Origin: the human T2T-CHM13v2.0 reference genome, Homo sapiens | DNA length: 64,000 bases | NCBI RefSeq assembly: GCF_009914755.1 | Contig: NC_060933.1 | Direction: 5' to 3' (one strand) | Shown: piece by piece, positions 60,087-64,000 of the stretch | How the letters are laid out: every line of letters starts with the position of its first letter | Numbering within the stretch: the first letter of the stretch is position 1 | Notes under the pieces: generated by a model | What the model saw: only the letters and a program-made list of their open reading frames with translations | Databases searched by the model: none | Told to the model about the DNA's origin: nothing | Made by a program: the position numbers and the translations under genes

Positions 60087-60544
60087 GGTTGTGGTCCTCA
60101 CATTTGGCTCAAAATATTCAAAATTTTTTCCAGAGTTTGGCCTTTTCTTCAGCACTGGGAATTGTGATCCAAAGCTTTTCCTGATGAGGCACAAAGTTGG
60201 AGAAACAAAACGCAAACTAAACAACAATGAAACAGAACAGAGTGAATCTGCTGTAGCTCAAGAGAGGACGTAGCTGCCCCCACTCCGCATCCCCGGGCTC
60301 GGGTTTGCCTTGCTGACCTCTGCTGTCACCTGGTGCTGCACAGAGAAACTGAGGAGAAACCACATCAGTCTCCTTCAGCCTCAGCTTCACATCTGTGGGT
60401 CAAGCAACCCTTTCAGAAGCTGTATAATGTGGGAAAGCTTTCCTCTCAGGAAAATGCACACATCCAACTTTGAGAAGATGCCCTTGGGGGTGCTTCAAGG
60501 ATCCTAGATAATAACCCCCTTTCCCGAACATCCAAGAACCTAAG

Positions 60545-60840
<296 letters not shown>

Positions 60841-61304
60841 CAAGAACCCAACTTTTAGATCTAGAGTGATGTCAGCATGACATTGATTTCCTGAGGCCCA
60901 GGGTTGAAGGAGCTGAGGACAGCAGAGGGGTGAAGGAAGTCAGCTACAGACAGCAGCAGCTGATGCACAGGCCTCCCAGTGCCTGAAGTCACCCGGAATT
61001 GGGAAGTGCTCAGAAGCTTACAAAGCTGCCTCGAGGTGGGAACACAACATTAATCCAAGAGCAGATCCCTGATCCTATAAAAATGTACTAGATGCAGTGG
61101 GGGCATTTTAAATGAGCAGGGAAGGACAGACAGATAAACAGAAGGACAAACAGTATTGGGATTGGGATAAATGCTCAGCTTTTGCCCAAATCTTAGTGAC
61201 TTAAGCATCACTTATTTGCTCACGATTCTGTGGCTGGACCGTTTGGTTTGGCTCACAGGGCAGGGACTGTGCTGGTCTTACCTGAGCAGACCTGCGTGTC
61301 TGCG

Positions 61305-61480
61305 GTCAACTGGGTTGGCAGAGACAGAGTGACTGTCTTCCTCCAGGAAGCAGCAGGTTAACTGGTTGGCAGAGACAGAGGGACTGAGGGACTGTCTCCC
61401 TCCAGGAAGCAGCAGGTTAACTGGTTGGCAGAGACAGAGGGACAGAGGGACTGTCTTCCTCCAGGAAGCAGCAGGTTGGC
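61305..61480 (+). repeat. ~59-bp minisatellite (~3 copies) inside an MLT-type LTR (~61170-61710)
   Basis: aactggttggcagagacagaggga(c..aggga)ctgtc..cctccaggaagcagcaggtt repeated. Confidence 0.85.
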
Positions 61481-63396
61481 TCTGGTTCCTTCGTGGGGCA
61501 GCTGGTCTCCAGGGCAGCAAGAGAGACCAAGCCCCCGTGCACATTCTACAGCCTCTGTGCACATCAGACTTGTTAATATCCCATTGGCCAGTGCAAGTCA
61601 CACGGCCAAGCCCAGATTAAGGAGTGGAAAGATGGACGCTATCTCCTCCTGGGAGAGGAGGCAAAGGAGGTGAGAGCATTATGTGGCCACTTATGTTTGC
61701 AATCTACCATACTTAGCCCTTTGAGAAAAGAATTAACTGAGAAACTTGCTTCAAATAGGGCATTCAGTAAAATGAAGCCCCAATTGAAGTAAAATGCATA
61801 TATAAAAAATGAAACTGTGACCGATTTTAAGGACAGTATTGGCAAATATTTCTGTGCTCTTGGAGGAGAAGACCCTTATTGGCATGACATGTCAGAGACC
61901 ACAATGAAAGAATTATTTTAACTTGCATTCATAAAAATTAAAATTATTCATTAAAAACATCGTGAATGAAATTAAAAGTCAAAATGTAAGCCAGAAAATT
62001 ATTTACAACATATGTGTCAGGAAAAGACAATACACTTCAGACTTTGAGAGTTTACATCAGAAAGAAAATAGCAAATGACATGATCCAAACTTGATAAAGG
62101 ACATGAAAAAGAGCCAGCACTTAGTATGTTTTCTGAATGAATAAGTAGCCAACAGCACATGAAAATGTGTGTAATCCACTTGTAAGCAGAGAAATGCAAA
62201 TTAAAACAGTAAAGTGTCATTTTCACTTCCTGGATTGGCAAAGGGTTTTATGTATTTTACTGACAGTGCTCAACATTAGCAGTAAACAACAAATGGTGAG
62301 TAAATATGAGCTTCGGAACCTCAGGGAAATGATCTCCTTATTTCAACCTGCAGATTCCTTCCTACAACCAGTGTAGAGCAGAGTACCAGGACGGGCCATT
62401 GAGCACCCTGGTGTTGAGATCAAGTGGCCTCTAGTCAGAGTTGGGTCAGGGCCACTGTGAGTGGGCTGCCCCCAACATGAGTCAGCTGTCTAGGACTAGT
62501 TTATCTCTGCTTCTCACTTTACTGGTATTATGGGGCAGCTCCTGCTGTCTTCCAATTTGGTGTCTTCCAAATCGGCACCGTCTTTTAAAGTTGAGTTTCT
62601 TGTTATTCTCACCTGATATACCTTATTTATCCCACACCCACCCCAATAACATATCGTGCTCAGTGTTATCTTTGAGACAACACTTGAATTTTACTCAGCC
62701 TGGAGCGCTCTTCACATGTCTTGTCCAGATCCAGTTCGGACTCATTCTTCAGCCGTGCATCAGTAAATGGGGGCTAGGTTAAACTGTGGTGACAAACAAC
62801 CTCCAAATTTCAGTGGCTCAAAAATCTTCTTCCTCATTTATTTACATTTCATCATGGGTCAGGTGAGAGGTAGCTCTGTGCTGTGTCATCCTAACACAGG
62901 AATCCAGACGGAAGGAGGGACAATCAATAAGATCCCCATTGCTATAGAAAAGAGAAAAAAGTATGCGGAATAGCACTCTGTTTCTTGGAGATTTCTCCTG
63001 AAAAAGTCACATGTTATTTCTTCTCACCTCCATTGGCAAAAAAAAAGTCATGTGGCCATGTGAAAATGTAAGTAGGCGGGATGGAACAGTCAGAATGCAT
63101 TCATAAAATATGAACTGAAAATATCTGGAGAACAGCACCTATGACTACCACGAATGCCAACATGCATCCCTAACAACCCAGTGCTGTCACCCTCCAAACT
63201 TTTTATGTCTTGCAAAGTATTAGAACTTCTTATCTGAAGCCATACCACTCAGAGGGAATGCAAAATACATATTGACATCTCCTTTAGGATGTCCTTAGAG
63301 AATTCAAGGAAAAGAAGTTAAATAATTTAAAAGTGCTTTTGGGTACAGCTATTTAGCACTAGAGGGTAAGATTAGACATAGATTGTAAAGATAATA

Positions 63397-63586
63397 ATAG
63401 GGTTAGGGATAGGATTAGGATCTGGGTCAGAGTCAGGGCCAGAAGTATGGTTAGAGGTGGGGTCATGGTCAGGGTCGAGATCAAAGTCAGGGTCAAAGTA
63501 AGGGTCAGAATTAGGGACCAGGATAGGGATCAAGATTTAGGTTCAGTGTCAAAGTCTTGGGACAAGGTTAGGGTTAGAATTAGAAC
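63397..63586 (+). repeat. Degenerate interstitial telomere-like hexamer tract
   Basis: 6-bp periodic ttaggg/tcaggg/ataggg/ttagaa/tcaaag units, G-rich strand on +. Confidence 0.8.
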
Positions 63587-64000
63587 CAGAGCTTTGTTCT
63601 CCTCAGGTCCCACCCGAGGGTGGGTCACCATGGCTTTGGAGCACCTGGTAGTGTGGTGTGTCCACAGTGAAGACCAGAGTTTCGTTGTCCTTAAGACTGA
63701 CCTGGGAGACGTGGCTGCAGGCCATTGAGGAAGGTGAGGCAACAGCTTCCTGTCTGCTCCCCGTGTGCTGAGGAGGGAGTTCTGCCATGGGCTTTACTTT
63801 CACATGTTATATTCCACAAGTCTTGTTTTACAAAAGCATCCCTTCCTTGAGGCTTCGGCTGCTCATCGCTGCTCATCATCATAGCGTGCCATAACATATA
63901 GTAAGATTTGGGTTTGTTTCTGGGGAGATATCTTGGTATAGAGAAAGGAGAAATGCTTAGAGCCACCATCAGGACAGTTGGGATGAAAGTTGGGTATAGG

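Noticed and set aside
63447-63728. ORF with VRVRVR/DQDRDQD repeats
   Set aside because: Translation of the degenerate telomeric hexamers

Overview
Human (primate) subtelomeric segmental-duplication DNA with no intact canonical protein-coding gene. From left to right: (i) Alu/LTR/MER1A-rich sequence with ~2.3 tandem copies of a ~3.4-kb unit (3.95-11.7 kb); (ii) a degenerate GC-rich 32-bp satellite (11.5-16.8 kb) enclosing a 48/49-bp VNTR organised as 97-bp dimers and bracketed by ~290-bp inverted arms; (iii) a rearranged processed capicua (CIC-S) pseudogene on the minus strand (16.9-20.8 kb); (iv) a duplicated terminal exon of SEPTIN14 (22.5-25.1 kb); (v) ~40 kb of interspersed repeats with widely spaced canonical splice sites defining a + strand multi-exon transcript; (vi) a degenerate TTAGGG tract near the right end. 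From memory, not verified, the layout matches the CICP/SEPT14P/LINC00266/LINC01001-2/LOC729737 subtelomeric duplicon; the paralog cannot be identified from sequence alone. The most notable observations are an inverted CIC fragment that can splice in frame onto the SEPTIN14 coiled-coil exon, a fold-back cassette whose predicted intron excises the VNTR, and a perfect 100-bp spacerless palindrome at 28296-28395. Repeat-family calls are by eye from remembered consensus sequences and their boundaries are approximate.
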